This document shows, piece after piece, positions 33,941-42,418 of a DNA stretch of 58,282 nt. Positions within the stretch are counted from its first letter, which is position 1. Each line of letters starts with the position of its first letter. The stretch is from Candidatus Sungbacteria bacterium RIFCSPLOWO2_01_FULL_47_32 (lineage in GTDB: Bacteria; Patescibacteriota; Minisyncoccia; Sungbacterales; GWA2-42-14), in contig MHQP01000039.1 in NCBI GenBank assembly GCA_001820685.1, forward strand, positions 1-58,282, written 5' to 3'. A model generated the notes under the pieces. The model did not search any database, had not been told where the DNA came from, and saw only the letters and a list, made by a program, of their open reading frames with translations. The position numbers and the translations under genes were made by a program.

Positions 33941-35590
33941 GTGCAATTTGTTGCAAATATGCATGATAGCGGTAAAAACAAAATAGAAATTGGTCAATCG
34001 TCCGGTTCAAATGAACGCCACAAATCCGAAAAAATTGCTGAACTACTTTTTTCTGATGCAAAACCAGGCACGCACTGGGAGGAAAAATATCCTTCCCGGG
34101 AACTGCCGAAAGGCGCCTATGTGACGAGATTTGCCCCGAGTCCTACGGGTTTTTTGCATGTCGGCGGAGTTATGCAGGCACTCACTGATGAAGCAGAAGC
34201 AAAACGCTCCGGCGGAGTTTTTATTTTGCGTATCGAAGATACGGACAGGGCCCGCTTTGTGGAAGGCGCGGAAGAGGCAATTTATGACGGCCTCGATTGG
34301 GCAGGCGTGCATGTTGACGAGGGGGGCAGAGAGAAGAAAGGAAACTATGGTCCGTATAAACAATCAGAACGGCTTGAAACATATCTCACGTACGCAAAAG
34401 AGCTTATAAAAAATGGTTTTGCATATCCGTGTTTTTGCACATCAGAGGAATTGCAAAAAGTCCGTGAAGAGCAGGAGCGGACAAAACAGCCCCGGATGTA
34501 TTCGGGAACATGCAGAGATCTTAGCGAAAAAAGTATTGAGGAATATATCAATGCGGGAAAACGTTTTACCGTCCGCCTGAAAGTTCCGGAAGGCGAGACT
34601 GTCGAATGGAATGACCTTACGAAGAAAAACCCCATCACGTGGGATACCAAAAATATTGACGACCAGGTGCTTCTGAAGTCGGATGGGTTTCCCACGTACC
34701 ACTTGGCAAACGTCGTGGACGACCACCTGATGGGTGTCAACCGGGTGTATCGTGGCGAAGAGTGGATTTCCTCTACTCCTAAACATCTTCTTATGTATAA
34801 AGCGCTTGGGTGGAAAGCGCCGGAGTTCGGACACCTTGTGCTTTTGCGCGAGCTTGAAACCCAGCAGAAATTGAGCAAACGCAAGGGCGAGGCTGGGCTT
34901 GAGTGGTATAAAAAAGAAGGATATGCGCCCGAAGCCCTCCGAAATTTTCTGACGCGTATTATGTGGGCTCATCCCGAAGGGCGTGATGTCTATCCGCACG
35001 AAGATTTCATACGGGGTTTTGACGTGCATAAAATGGGAGAAGGAGCTCCGCAGGTGAACCCGAAACTTCTTGAACATATTAATCAGGAATATTTGGCGCG
35101 GCTGGACCCGGAGAAGCGTCTTGAGGAAGTCGTCAACTGGGCAAAAGCATTCGAACCCGAGTTTGCAGAAATATGCATGAAGCACAGAGACGACGCCGAG
35201 CGGTATTTGGGAATTGAGCCGGAGCGCATGAAAAAACTTTCCGAAGCGAAGGCATTATTCGGTTTTTATTTCAGCGAACTTTACGTTACGGCCGCACGAG
35301 AAGAGCTTCTTTCGGAAACCGCGGGAGACGAAGCAAAAATGAAGGAGGTGCTCACCGCATATGTAAATGAGTTTTATGGCCAAGAGGACGGCCATGATGC
35401 GTGGCAGGCGAAGGTTAGGAAACTCGCCTCTCGCACGGGCCTTAAAGATAAAAACATTTTTATGCTTTTGAGAAAAGTTTTGACCGGAAGCAAAAATTCT
35501 CCGCCACTGTATGAGGTTATGCAAGCACTCGGCGGGGAGGAAGTTTTAAAAAGAATTAACGCTATCCGTCAAAAACCGGGGACTTTTTAA
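33941..35590 (+). CDS. gltX: Glutamate--tRNA ligase
   Basis: Class I motifs PSPTGFLHVGG (HIGH) and KLSKRKG (KMSKS). GTG at 33941 or ATG at 33959 could be the start. About 55 aa of N-terminal extension precede the catalytic core. Confidence 0.92.
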   Translation: MQFVANMHDSGKNKIEIGQSSGSNERHKSEKIAELLFSDAKPGTHWEEKYPSRELPKGAYVTRFAPSPTGFLHVGGVMQALTDEAEAKRSGGVFILRIEDTDRARFVEGAEEAIYDGLDWAGVHVDEGGREKKGNYGPYKQSERLETYLTYAKELIKNGFAYPCFCTSEELQKVREEQERTKQPRMYSGTCRDLSEKSIEEYINAGKRFTVRLKVPEGETVEWNDLTKKNPITWDTKNIDDQVLLKSDGFPTYHLANVVDDHLMGVNRVYRGEEWISSTPKHLLMYKALGWKAPEFGHLVLLRELETQQKLSKRKGEAGLEWYKKEGYAPEALRNFLTRIMWAHPEGRDVYPHEDFIRGFDVHKMGEGAPQVNPKLLEHINQEYLARLDPEKRLEEVVNWAKAFEPEFAEICMKHRDDAERYLGIEPERMKKLSEAKALFGFYFSELYVTAAREELLSETAGDEAKMKEVLTAYVNEFYGQEDGHDAWQAKVRKLASRTGLKDKNIFMLLRKVLTGSKNSPPLYEVMQALGGEEVLKRINAIRQKPGTF

Positions 35591-35610
35591 CCCTTTTTGC
35601 CTGAATAACA

Positions 35611-36336
35611 ATGGATTTTCAAGACATAAAATTTCCAGCAACTCTTGAGGTTACGGAACAAACTATTGATATTTCGGGCATTTCTGATAGCCAGAAAAGA
35701 CATTACTTCGATTTTGCCGCGGAGATTTCCGTCTTCTACGCATTGCAAAAAAAGCCTCGCGCGCTTGTCGGCGTATGCGGAGCGGCAGGCTCCGGGAAAA
35801 GCGTTCTTGCGGAAATCACGAAGTATGTTATTCGGCAGATGGGCGCACCCTTTCGGTTTGAGCACATAACGCTTGACGCCTTTCATTATACGAATTCATA
35901 TCTTATTTCTCACGCGCTAAAAGATTTTAAGGGCAGATCCGATACATATGATGTTGAAAAATTTGTTGATTGTCTGAAAAAATTTAAGGGCGGAGAAGCC
36001 ATCTTGTTTCCGGCATATTCGCGGAAAATTCATGAGCCGGTAGAAAGCACAATTTCAATACAGGAAGAACATGTCCTCTTGCTTGTTGAGGGGCAGTGGC
36101 TTCTTCGCGCTACAGGCGGGTGGGGCGAATTAAGAAAACTGTTTGATATCATGTATTATATTGATTCCGATGCGGATAAGGTAAGAAGCGGCGTTATCGA
36201 ACGCCATATAGCGGGTGGACGAAACAGAGAGGACGCTATACGGCAATTTGAGAAAAATGATTTGCTGAACTATATTGAAATAACAAAAGACAGCGTGCGC
36301 GCCGACAAGACCTTGCCCGCGTATTATAATCTCTAG
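35611..36336 (+). CDS. P-loop nucleoside/nucleotide kinase family protein (uridine kinase/PRK/pantothenate-kinase-like)
   Basis: Walker A GVCGAAGSGKSV, and a downstream YIDSD acidic motif typical of the PRK/UK family. Confidence 0.65.
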   Translation: MDFQDIKFPATLEVTEQTIDISGISDSQKRHYFDFAAEISVFYALQKKPRALVGVCGAAGSGKSVLAEITKYVIRQMGAPFRFEHITLDAFHYTNSYLISHALKDFKGRSDTYDVEKFVDCLKKFKGGEAILFPAYSRKIHEPVESTISIQEEHVLLLVEGQWLLRATGGWGELRKLFDIMYYIDSDADKVRSGVIERHIAGGRNREDAIRQFEKNDLLNYIEITKDSVRADKTLPAYYNL

Positions 36337-36348
36337 AGCAGGATTTTT

Positions 36349-37620
36349 ATGGAAAATCGTCGTTACGAAAACCCGTTTAGCAGTGAATCGGGAAGGCTTG
36401 AACACGCAAAAGCTTCTGTTTCGCGTGAAGATGCGGAAACGCGCCGGAAACGGCTTCAGGAAATTCGGGATACGCTGAAGGATGCCGACACCAAATACCA
36501 TGCGGCTGAAAGCGACACCGAAGAAGGAAAAAAGTTTTGGGAGGAGCGTGAGGGAGCGAGGGAAGCGCTTAGAAACGCACTTTCATCCGATCCGGAACTT
36601 GCTACTGAGATTTTAAAAGAATGCTGGCATAAGTATTTTGAAGATGAGTTAAGGGCGGGCAGGACTATTGAGAGCATCGTTCGGGCGCAAAAAGAAGGAG
36701 GGAAGGACCGTCCGGATGGAGAAGAATACGATTTCATTCAGAAAGCCGTGGGGCTTGCTGTTTTGCGCAAGGCGGCGGGTGAAACCGAGAGAGAATTTCT
36801 TGAAGCGCATCATAAGCAGGCGGAGCGCGAAGCGCTTCTGCGCGAAGCTCGGGAGGGAGCAAGAAGAAATGAAATAGAGCGTGTTGGAGACCCGGCTCTG
36901 CAGGAAATTTTAAGGCGGGCCTCTTTTGGGTTGAAACCCGGGCAGGAAGCGATGAACGCAATGCGTGGTTCCGCCGATGAAAACGGCGAAAAGCCCGAAG
37001 CGGGGCTCGAGCGGCTTGATGCCGAGCCGGAAGAGGTGAAGCGGGCGGTAAAGAGGCTCCTCCGCGAATATTTAAGCTATCAGGATGCGCATGTTGATGA
37101 CTCGACAAAGGACGGCATGGCCAAAGCGGTTGAGAACTCCTCGCGCGCCAGGGAATATGGATTAACGCTCTATAAACTGTTAAAAAAGCACGGGCAGAAA
37201 GAAACGGAGGAAGTTGCCGGAAAAATGGTTTCTGATACAGGGAAATTTCTTCGGAAGCTCGGACTCAAGCCGAGCCCCTTTGCGGAAAGCAAAACATGGG
37301 CGATGTGGGATATCGCAAAACAGCAGTATTATTTCGAGTTGTACCAAAAAGAAGGGAGAACACCCGAGCATCAAAAAGGATATCTCATCGAAAGTCCGTT
37401 TACGGAAATAAAACATCGGGAAATGATCGACCGGCATGCCGGCTGGGAGGCATACCGCGCCTATAATGATGAAAGGGTCAAAGATTTTCTGGAGCGGATT
37501 CCGAAAGAAAAAGCCGACGGCATTAAGAAACTTCTTGAAAAGCCTCCCAAGGAAAACGGCACGCTGGGCGCTTCAGACCTTGCAGAACTCGGGAAGCTTT
37601 TGCGTGAAGCGACGGAATAA
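36349..37620 (+). CDS. Hypothetical highly charged (Glu/Lys/Arg-rich) protein
   Basis: A 423-aa ORF that starts 13 nt after the kinase-like gene and is followed by a strong terminator. It is predicted to be largely helical or coiled. No recognisable domain. Confidence 0.55.
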   Translation: MENRRYENPFSSESGRLEHAKASVSREDAETRRKRLQEIRDTLKDADTKYHAAESDTEEGKKFWEEREGAREALRNALSSDPELATEILKECWHKYFEDELRAGRTIESIVRAQKEGGKDRPDGEEYDFIQKAVGLAVLRKAAGETEREFLEAHHKQAEREALLREAREGARRNEIERVGDPALQEILRRASFGLKPGQEAMNAMRGSADENGEKPEAGLERLDAEPEEVKRAVKRLLREYLSYQDAHVDDSTKDGMAKAVENSSRAREYGLTLYKLLKKHGQKETEEVAGKMVSDTGKFLRKLGLKPSPFAESKTWAMWDIAKQQYYFELYQKEGRTPEHQKGYLIESPFTEIKHREMIDRHAGWEAYRAYNDERVKDFLERIPKEKADGIKKLLEKPPKENGTLGASDLAELGKLLREATE

Positions 37621-37664
37621 AGAAGGTAGAAAAACTATTTGGAGCCGTTGAATAAAAAACAAAG

Positions 37665-37692
37665 ACGTCCCGATGAGTGTCGGGACGTTTTT
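37665..37692 (+). terminator. Terminator after the charged-protein gene
   Basis: ACGTCCCGA-TGAGTG-TCGGGACGT followed by TTTTT. Confidence 0.7.
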
Positions 37693-37857
37693 ATTTTGTC
37701 AGTTTTCCATTTTAGTGCTGTTTGCTGTTGCTTCGATATTCTTTCTTTTGATAATCATTCTTCGTTATGCGGAGACTATACGCTATAAGCGGTGACGCCT
37801 GCTCGTGCGGGCAAAACCGCTCATTTGCAAAAGGAGAAACCTATCAAACGCATTCTG

Positions 37858-38025
37858 ATGCTTTGTGTGGCGCTCGCGCTTATAACTGCCTTTGCGCTTC
37901 CGGCGATTGCTGCGCCCATCGCGCGTCCAGTTGCAAAACATGCGCAACATCATAAGAAACATCATCACCATCACGATCATGGCTATCACTACATTCATCA
38001 TGACGGGAACATTCAAGCTCCCTAA
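37858..38025 (+). CDS. Small secreted His-rich peptide
   Basis: Signal-like MLCVALALITAFALPAIAAP, then HAQHHKKHHHHHDHGYHYIHHDGN. AAGGAG at 37831-36 is better placed for an in-frame ATC at 37843, so the start is uncertain. A terminator follows. Confidence 0.5.
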   Translation: MLCVALALITAFALPAIAAPIARPVAKHAQHHKKHHHHHDHGYHYIHHDGNIQAP

Positions 38026-38033
38026 CGACCGCT

Positions 38034-38058
38034 CCCGCCCTCCCGGCGGGATTTTTTT
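38034..38058 (+). terminator. Terminator after the His-rich peptide gene
   Basis: CCCGCC-CTCCC-GGCGGG followed by ATTTTTTT. Confidence 0.7.
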
Positions 38059-38069
38059 ATCCGGAAATA

Positions 38070-38090
38070 CAAAACCCGCCTTTGGGCGGG
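38070..38090 (-). terminator. Terminator for the minus-strand secreted-protein gene
   Basis: On the minus strand: CCCGCC-CAAA-GGCGGG followed by TTTT. Confidence 0.6.
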
Positions 38091-38103
38091 GGAGACTAAA
38101 AAA

Positions 38104-38628
38104 TTACCTTGCGTATTTCTGGAATTCTGCGTCATAGAAATTGATAATTTCCTGATGCATGCTCATACAAAGCCCATTTACCTTATATCTTTCCGTACCA
38201 AGATTGAAATGGTGGGTCAGATTAGAAGCCCACAAGGCCTTATACAGATTATCTTGCCCAAATTCCAGATTAGACAATTTAAGCCACTGGCCGTCAGGAC
38301 GGAGGAAATAGGCAGTCTTGGAAACAGACCCACCGGCAATTTCAAGGCCTGTATCAATCCAAATTTCGAACGCCTTGCCGCCAACGCCGTAGATGAGGAT
38401 ATAATCTATTCTTACGACTTGATCCATTTTCGGACTCGTAGGGTTGCTTGCGGTGGACGGACGCATGTATATTGGCGAAGTGTCACCATTCGACAAAGCG
38501 CGCGAAGAATTATTGTGGTCCCAGGATGTAAAACCGCGCGGAAGTTCTGGCAGTGAAACGAGGGTTTGACCAAATACGGAGGGCGCTGAAAATAGAATAA
38601 GGAGAGCGGTGAGAACAGCTTTTCGCAT
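38104..38628 (-). CDS. Secreted hypothetical protein (174 aa)
   Basis: Signal peptide MRKAVLTALLILFSAPSVFGQ. No recognisable domain. Confidence 0.6.
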   Translation of the reverse strand: MRKAVLTALLILFSAPSVFGQTLVSLPELPRGFTSWDHNNSSRALSNGDTSPIYMRPSTASNPTSPKMDQVVRIDYILIYGVGGKAFEIWIDTGLEIAGGSVSKTAYFLRPDGQWLKLSNLEFGQDNLYKALWASNLTHHFNLGTERYKVNGLCMSMHQEIINFYDAEFQKYAR

Positions 38629-38663
38629 GTTTCACTCGTTTTGTAGGAAAAGAACTCGAACAC

Positions 38664-38695
38664 ATATTAACAAATGTATTATATTTTGTTAATAT
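38664..38695. promoter_or_regulatory. Perfect 11-bp inverted repeat in a divergent promoter region (candidate operator)
   Basis: ATATTAACAAA (38664-74), a 10-nt spacer, then TTTGTTAATAT (38685-95). It lies between the secreted-protein gene (-) and the ECF sigma gene (+). Confidence 0.45.
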
Positions 38696-38766
38696 ATCGC
38701 GGTAATTTTTTTATGTTCGCCGTATACTGCTGGAAAAGGTGTCATGATTATGGTATACTTAGAACA

Positions 38767-39327
38767 ATGGAACATACGACAGACTTGGAACTTGTTCAAT
38801 ACTATCTTAACGGCGACGAGAAATCGCTTGAAGTTTTGATTCAGCAGTATTTGAAGCCGATTCACGGCTTTGTATATAGATATGTAGGCAACCGGCAGGA
38901 TACGGAGGAGGTAACACAGGAAGTTTTCGTAAAAGTGTGGCGCAATCTGAAAAAGTACGACCAATCGCAGAATTTCAAGACATGGCTTTTCAGCATCGCA
39001 AAAAATACCGCCATTGATTTTCTGAAAAAGAAAAAAACAGTTCCGTTTTCCGCATTTGAAACTGAAGACGGCGAAAATCCTGTTTTGGCTGGCATTGTTG
39101 ATGCGAACGCGCTTCCAGACGAACTCATGCAGAAAAAAGATGTCGCGGACGTTGTTACGCGCTCTCTTGCCACGCTTTCTCCGAGGTACAGAACCGTTCT
39201 TGCTTTGCGCTATACCAATCAGTTCACATTTCGCGAAATAGCAGAATCTTTGCGTGAGCCGTTGGATACGGTAAAAAGTCGTCATCGTCGGGCGCTTGGC
39301 ATGCTGAAAAAATATTTCGTCAACTAG
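38767..39327 (+). CDS. ECF-type RNA polymerase sigma-70 family factor
   Basis: Region 2 (DTEEVTQEVFVKVWRNLKKY) and the region 4 HTH (FTFREIAESLREPLDTVKSRHRRAL). The start is set at MEHTTDLELV; the upstream part of the ORF is hydrophobic junk. Confidence 0.9.
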   Translation: MEHTTDLELVQYYLNGDEKSLEVLIQQYLKPIHGFVYRYVGNRQDTEEVTQEVFVKVWRNLKKYDQSQNFKTWLFSIAKNTAIDFLKKKKTVPFSAFETEDGENPVLAGIVDANALPDELMQKKDVADVVTRSLATLSPRYRTVLALRYTNQFTFREIAESLREPLDTVKSRHRRALGMLKKYFVN

Positions 39328-39354
39328 AACCCGCTTCAAAAGCGAGTTCTTTTG
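39327..39354 (+). terminator. Terminator after the sigma factor gene
   Basis: GAACCCGCTT/AAGCGAGTTC stem (one mismatch) followed by TTTTGTT. Confidence 0.55.
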
Positions 39355-39471
39355 TTGCACCAAAACACCTCCTGCATGCGTAGTATTATATGAGGGAGTA
39401 AAACCCTCACATTTGTACATACCGGGTTTCTGAAGTTTTTTCGACCTTTACTTCATGCCCGAGAAAATGGG

Positions 39472-39927
39472 ATGCACCAAAATGCGTCCCTTTTTCGTAT
39501 AAGTACTATAACGTCCAAAAGCATACAATCGTTTTATGGTCGGCCCCCCGAGCCATCAAAGGGGCTTTTTAGCCGTATCATGGCTCGAATCCGGGCCGAA
39601 CGGGACTTGCTGATGCTGAAGCGTCGTGTGGCGTTCTTTTGCGTTGCTATGGCAGGATTTTGCGCTGCCATTGTTCCTGTGTTCGGACTCATGCGTTCAG
39701 AACTCGCGCGTTCCAGCTTTGGGAATCTTCTCTCGCTCCTGTATTCAGACCCGGATTTTGTGATAGATTTTTGGGGCGACTACGGCCTCTCGCTTCTTGA
39801 GTCGCTTCCGACGGCAAGCATCGCGGCGTTCTTTGCGACCGTGTTTGTTTTTCTCGGGCTTCTGAAGCTCATGATGCGGGATACGGAAAGCATTTTCTCG
39901 TATTCAAAATTTCTTAAAAATGTTTAA
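39472..39927 (+). CDS. Putative anti-sigma-like membrane protein
   Basis: It lies downstream of the ECF sigma gene. It has a cytoplasmic N-terminus, a basic stretch (RIMARIRAERDLLMLKRR) and TM helices. An alternative start is at 39580. Confidence 0.45.
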   Translation: MHQNASLFRISTITSKSIQSFYGRPPEPSKGLFSRIMARIRAERDLLMLKRRVAFFCVAMAGFCAAIVPVFGLMRSELARSSFGNLLSLLYSDPDFVIDFWGDYGLSLLESLPTASIAAFFATVFVFLGLLKLMMRDTESIFSYSKFLKNV

Positions 39928-39960
39928 TAAATAATAATTTAAATACAATTACATATACAT

Positions 39961-40431
39961 ATGAATCTCGATTTTACACAAATGAATAAATTATTCGGAC
40001 CTATTACTTCAAAAAGGGTCCTGAAGGCGATTGTCTGCGTTGTTCTTCTCCTTCTCGCGTTCAAGGCGGGGGAGGTTGTCGGATTTAATAAAGCGCGCTT
40101 CTCATATCGCTGGGGAGAAAATTATCACCGCAATTTCGGAGGGCCGAGAAACGGCTTCATGAGAGACTTCAGGAGGGACATAGAGGGAAAAGATTTCATT
40201 AGCCCGCATGGCACGTTCGGCTCAATTATAAAAATTGACGGTAACATGCTTATTGTGAAGGGAAAGGACAATACTGAAAAAACGGTACTGCTTTCGGAGC
40301 GTACGTCAATAAAAATTTTTGCGAATACCGCGAACCCCGAAGAGCTTAAAGTCAATGATACTCTTACTATTATCGGTTCTCCGAATGAACAGGGGCAAAT
40401 AAAAGCCGAGTTCATCCGTGTGTTTCGCTAA
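39961..40431 (+). CDS. Membrane-anchored protein with a C-terminal OB-like (DUF5666-like) domain
   Basis: N-terminal TM (AIVCVVLLLLAF). The C-terminal ...TLTIIGSPNEQGQIKAEFIRVF pattern resembles the gene at 44385. Confidence 0.5.
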   Translation: MNLDFTQMNKLFGPITSKRVLKAIVCVVLLLLAFKAGEVVGFNKARFSYRWGENYHRNFGGPRNGFMRDFRRDIEGKDFISPHGTFGSIIKIDGNMLIVKGKDNTEKTVLLSERTSIKIFANTANPEELKVNDTLTIIGSPNEQGQIKAEFIRVFR

Positions 40432-40437
40432 CCCTTT

Positions 40438-42177
40438 ATGGGAAACATCATCCCCAAAATACTCGCGAGAAAAGTGTTATCCGGCTTTGTGCTCATCATG
40501 GTGCTCGGCGTCGGGTATTACGCGTACACAAAATACTTCACGACGACCGCGGCAACGCGCTACATGACCGCATCAGCTGAAAAAGGAACGCTCATTGTTT
40601 CTATTTCTGGCTCGGGCCAAGTTTCCGTTTTAAGTCAAGTAGACATGAAATCGAAAGCGAGCGGAGAAATAACCGGTCTGTATGTCGCATTAGGACAAGA
40701 GGTTAGCGCGGGCACGCTTCTTGTGGCAATTGATGCGAGTGATGCGAAGCGAGCGGTACGCGATGCCGAGACAAGCTTAGAAACTGCAAAGCTTGAACTA
40801 GACAAAACGCTCGAGCCGTTAGACGAACTGACGCTACTTCAGTCAGAAAACTCGCTTACTCAAGCAAAAGAATCTAAGAAGAGAGCGGAAGACAATCTCA
40901 AAAAAGCGTATGAGGACGGTTTTAATTCCATATCAAACGCCTTTCTCGAACTTCCCTCCCTGATGGTCGGCCTTCAGGATATTTTATATGGCACAACGCT
41001 TGCCGCGGGTGGGCAACCGAACCTTTCCTATTATGCGGACTCAATCAAAAATTATGACGAGAAAGCGCTACAATACAAAAATGATACATCGAGCGCATAC
41101 CAGGAAGCGCGGCTTTCCTACGACAAGAATTTTCTGGATTATAAATCAATAAGCAGATTTTCAAACACAAAAACCATCGAAGCGCTTGTTGATGAAACAT
41201 ATGAGACCACAAAGAGCATTGCTGAATTGGTAAAAAGAACCAATGACTTCATCCAATTTTATCAAGATAAGCTGACGGAGCGGATGCTCAAACCAAATCC
41301 GTCTTCAAGCACGCATCTTTCGAGTCTGGTAACCTACACTGGCAAGACCAATAGCACCCTTTCAAGCCTTCTTTCAATTAAGCGAACAATTCAGGACTCA
41401 AAAGAGGCAATAGTGAGCGCTGAACAATCAATTAAGGAAAAAGAATTGTCACTTGCCAAGCTAAAAGAAGGGCCGGACACGCTTGATATCCGGGCAAAAA
41501 AGATAGCGATTCAACAAAGAGAAGATGCGCTTCTTACGGCGGGACAGGCTCTTGCTGATCACTATGTACGCGCTCCGTTTAACGGAGTCATTGCAAAAGT
41601 AAGCGCAAAAAAAGGAGATGCTGCTTCAGCCGGCATGGCACTTGTAACACTTATTACCAAACAAAAGATTGCCGAAGTTTCTTTGAATGAAGTTGACGTT
41701 GCGAAAGTGAAAGTTGGCCAAAAAACGACGCTCACGTTTGACGCGGTTTCCAACTTAAGTATTACGGGGTCGGTTGCAGAAATTGACGCTATGGGGACGG
41801 TAAGCCAGGGCGTTGTTACGTATAGCGTCAAAATAGGGTTTGATACCCAGGACGAACGCGTGAAGTCGAGTATGAGTGTTTCTGCGGCTATCATCACGGA
41901 TGTGAAGCCGGATGTTCTGCTCGTTCCTAATTCTGCAGTGAAAACTGACGCATTGGGAAAATATGTTGAAGTATTGAACAGCGGTACCGTGCCAACGCGA
42001 ACAAACGTAGAGACCGGGCTTTCAAACGATACGACAAGTGAAATTACGAATGGCCTGAAAGAAAGCGATAAGGTTGTTACGCAAACGATCACAAGCACGA
42101 CGCAGACAACAACTCAAAACACAGGCATCCGGATTCCGGGTCTTGGCGGGGGAGGAGGCGGTGGCCCAGGACGGTAG
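40438..42177 (+). CDS. Efflux periplasmic adaptor (HlyD/MacA family)
   Basis: N-terminal TM, long coiled-coil hairpin, lipoyl and beta-barrel segments (VRAPFNGVIAKVSAKKGD, VTFDAV...GSVAEID), and a Gly-rich tail. Confidence 0.85.
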   Translation: MGNIIPKILARKVLSGFVLIMVLGVGYYAYTKYFTTTAATRYMTASAEKGTLIVSISGSGQVSVLSQVDMKSKASGEITGLYVALGQEVSAGTLLVAIDASDAKRAVRDAETSLETAKLELDKTLEPLDELTLLQSENSLTQAKESKKRAEDNLKKAYEDGFNSISNAFLELPSLMVGLQDILYGTTLAAGGQPNLSYYADSIKNYDEKALQYKNDTSSAYQEARLSYDKNFLDYKSISRFSNTKTIEALVDETYETTKSIAELVKRTNDFIQFYQDKLTERMLKPNPSSSTHLSSLVTYTGKTNSTLSSLLSIKRTIQDSKEAIVSAEQSIKEKELSLAKLKEGPDTLDIRAKKIAIQQREDALLTAGQALADHYVRAPFNGVIAKVSAKKGDAASAGMALVTLITKQKIAEVSLNEVDVAKVKVGQKTTLTFDAVSNLSITGSVAEIDAMGTVSQGVVTYSVKIGFDTQDERVKSSMSVSAAIITDVKPDVLLVPNSAVKTDALGKYVEVLNSGTVPTRTNVETGLSNDTTSEITNGLKESDKVVTQTITSTTQTTTQNTGIRIPGLGGGGGGGPGR

Positions 42178-42418
42178 GGATTAAAAAGTATTATGAGAAA
42201 TAAAAAGCGCCTTCACGAGTTGTGAGAGCGGTGGCGTTGCAACCAACACAGCGTCGTCCCGACCATGGTGCCACCAAACCCGACAGGGCTCGCTGGCGCT
42301 GTGTTAGCCCCTGCTCTTCGCAAGGCGTGCTGCGTGGAGTTCTCCACCAGCATTACTTCAAGTATAACCGATTGTTGATATACTGTCAAGTTCATCCATG
42401 GCTGAAATATAAAAGTTT

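Noticed and set aside
34442-35185. A 247-aa minus-strand ORF, and other antisense ORFs inside gltX, rpoB, rpoC, ftsK, secD and the ATPase gene
   Set aside because: All lie within strongly supported genes on the opposite strand or in another frame. None shows a recognisable domain. I treated them as frame shadows.
38689-39420. A 243-aa minus-strand ORF antisense to the ECF sigma gene
   Set aside because: It overlaps a confidently recognised sigma factor and its terminator. It has no motifs or SD and implausible composition.
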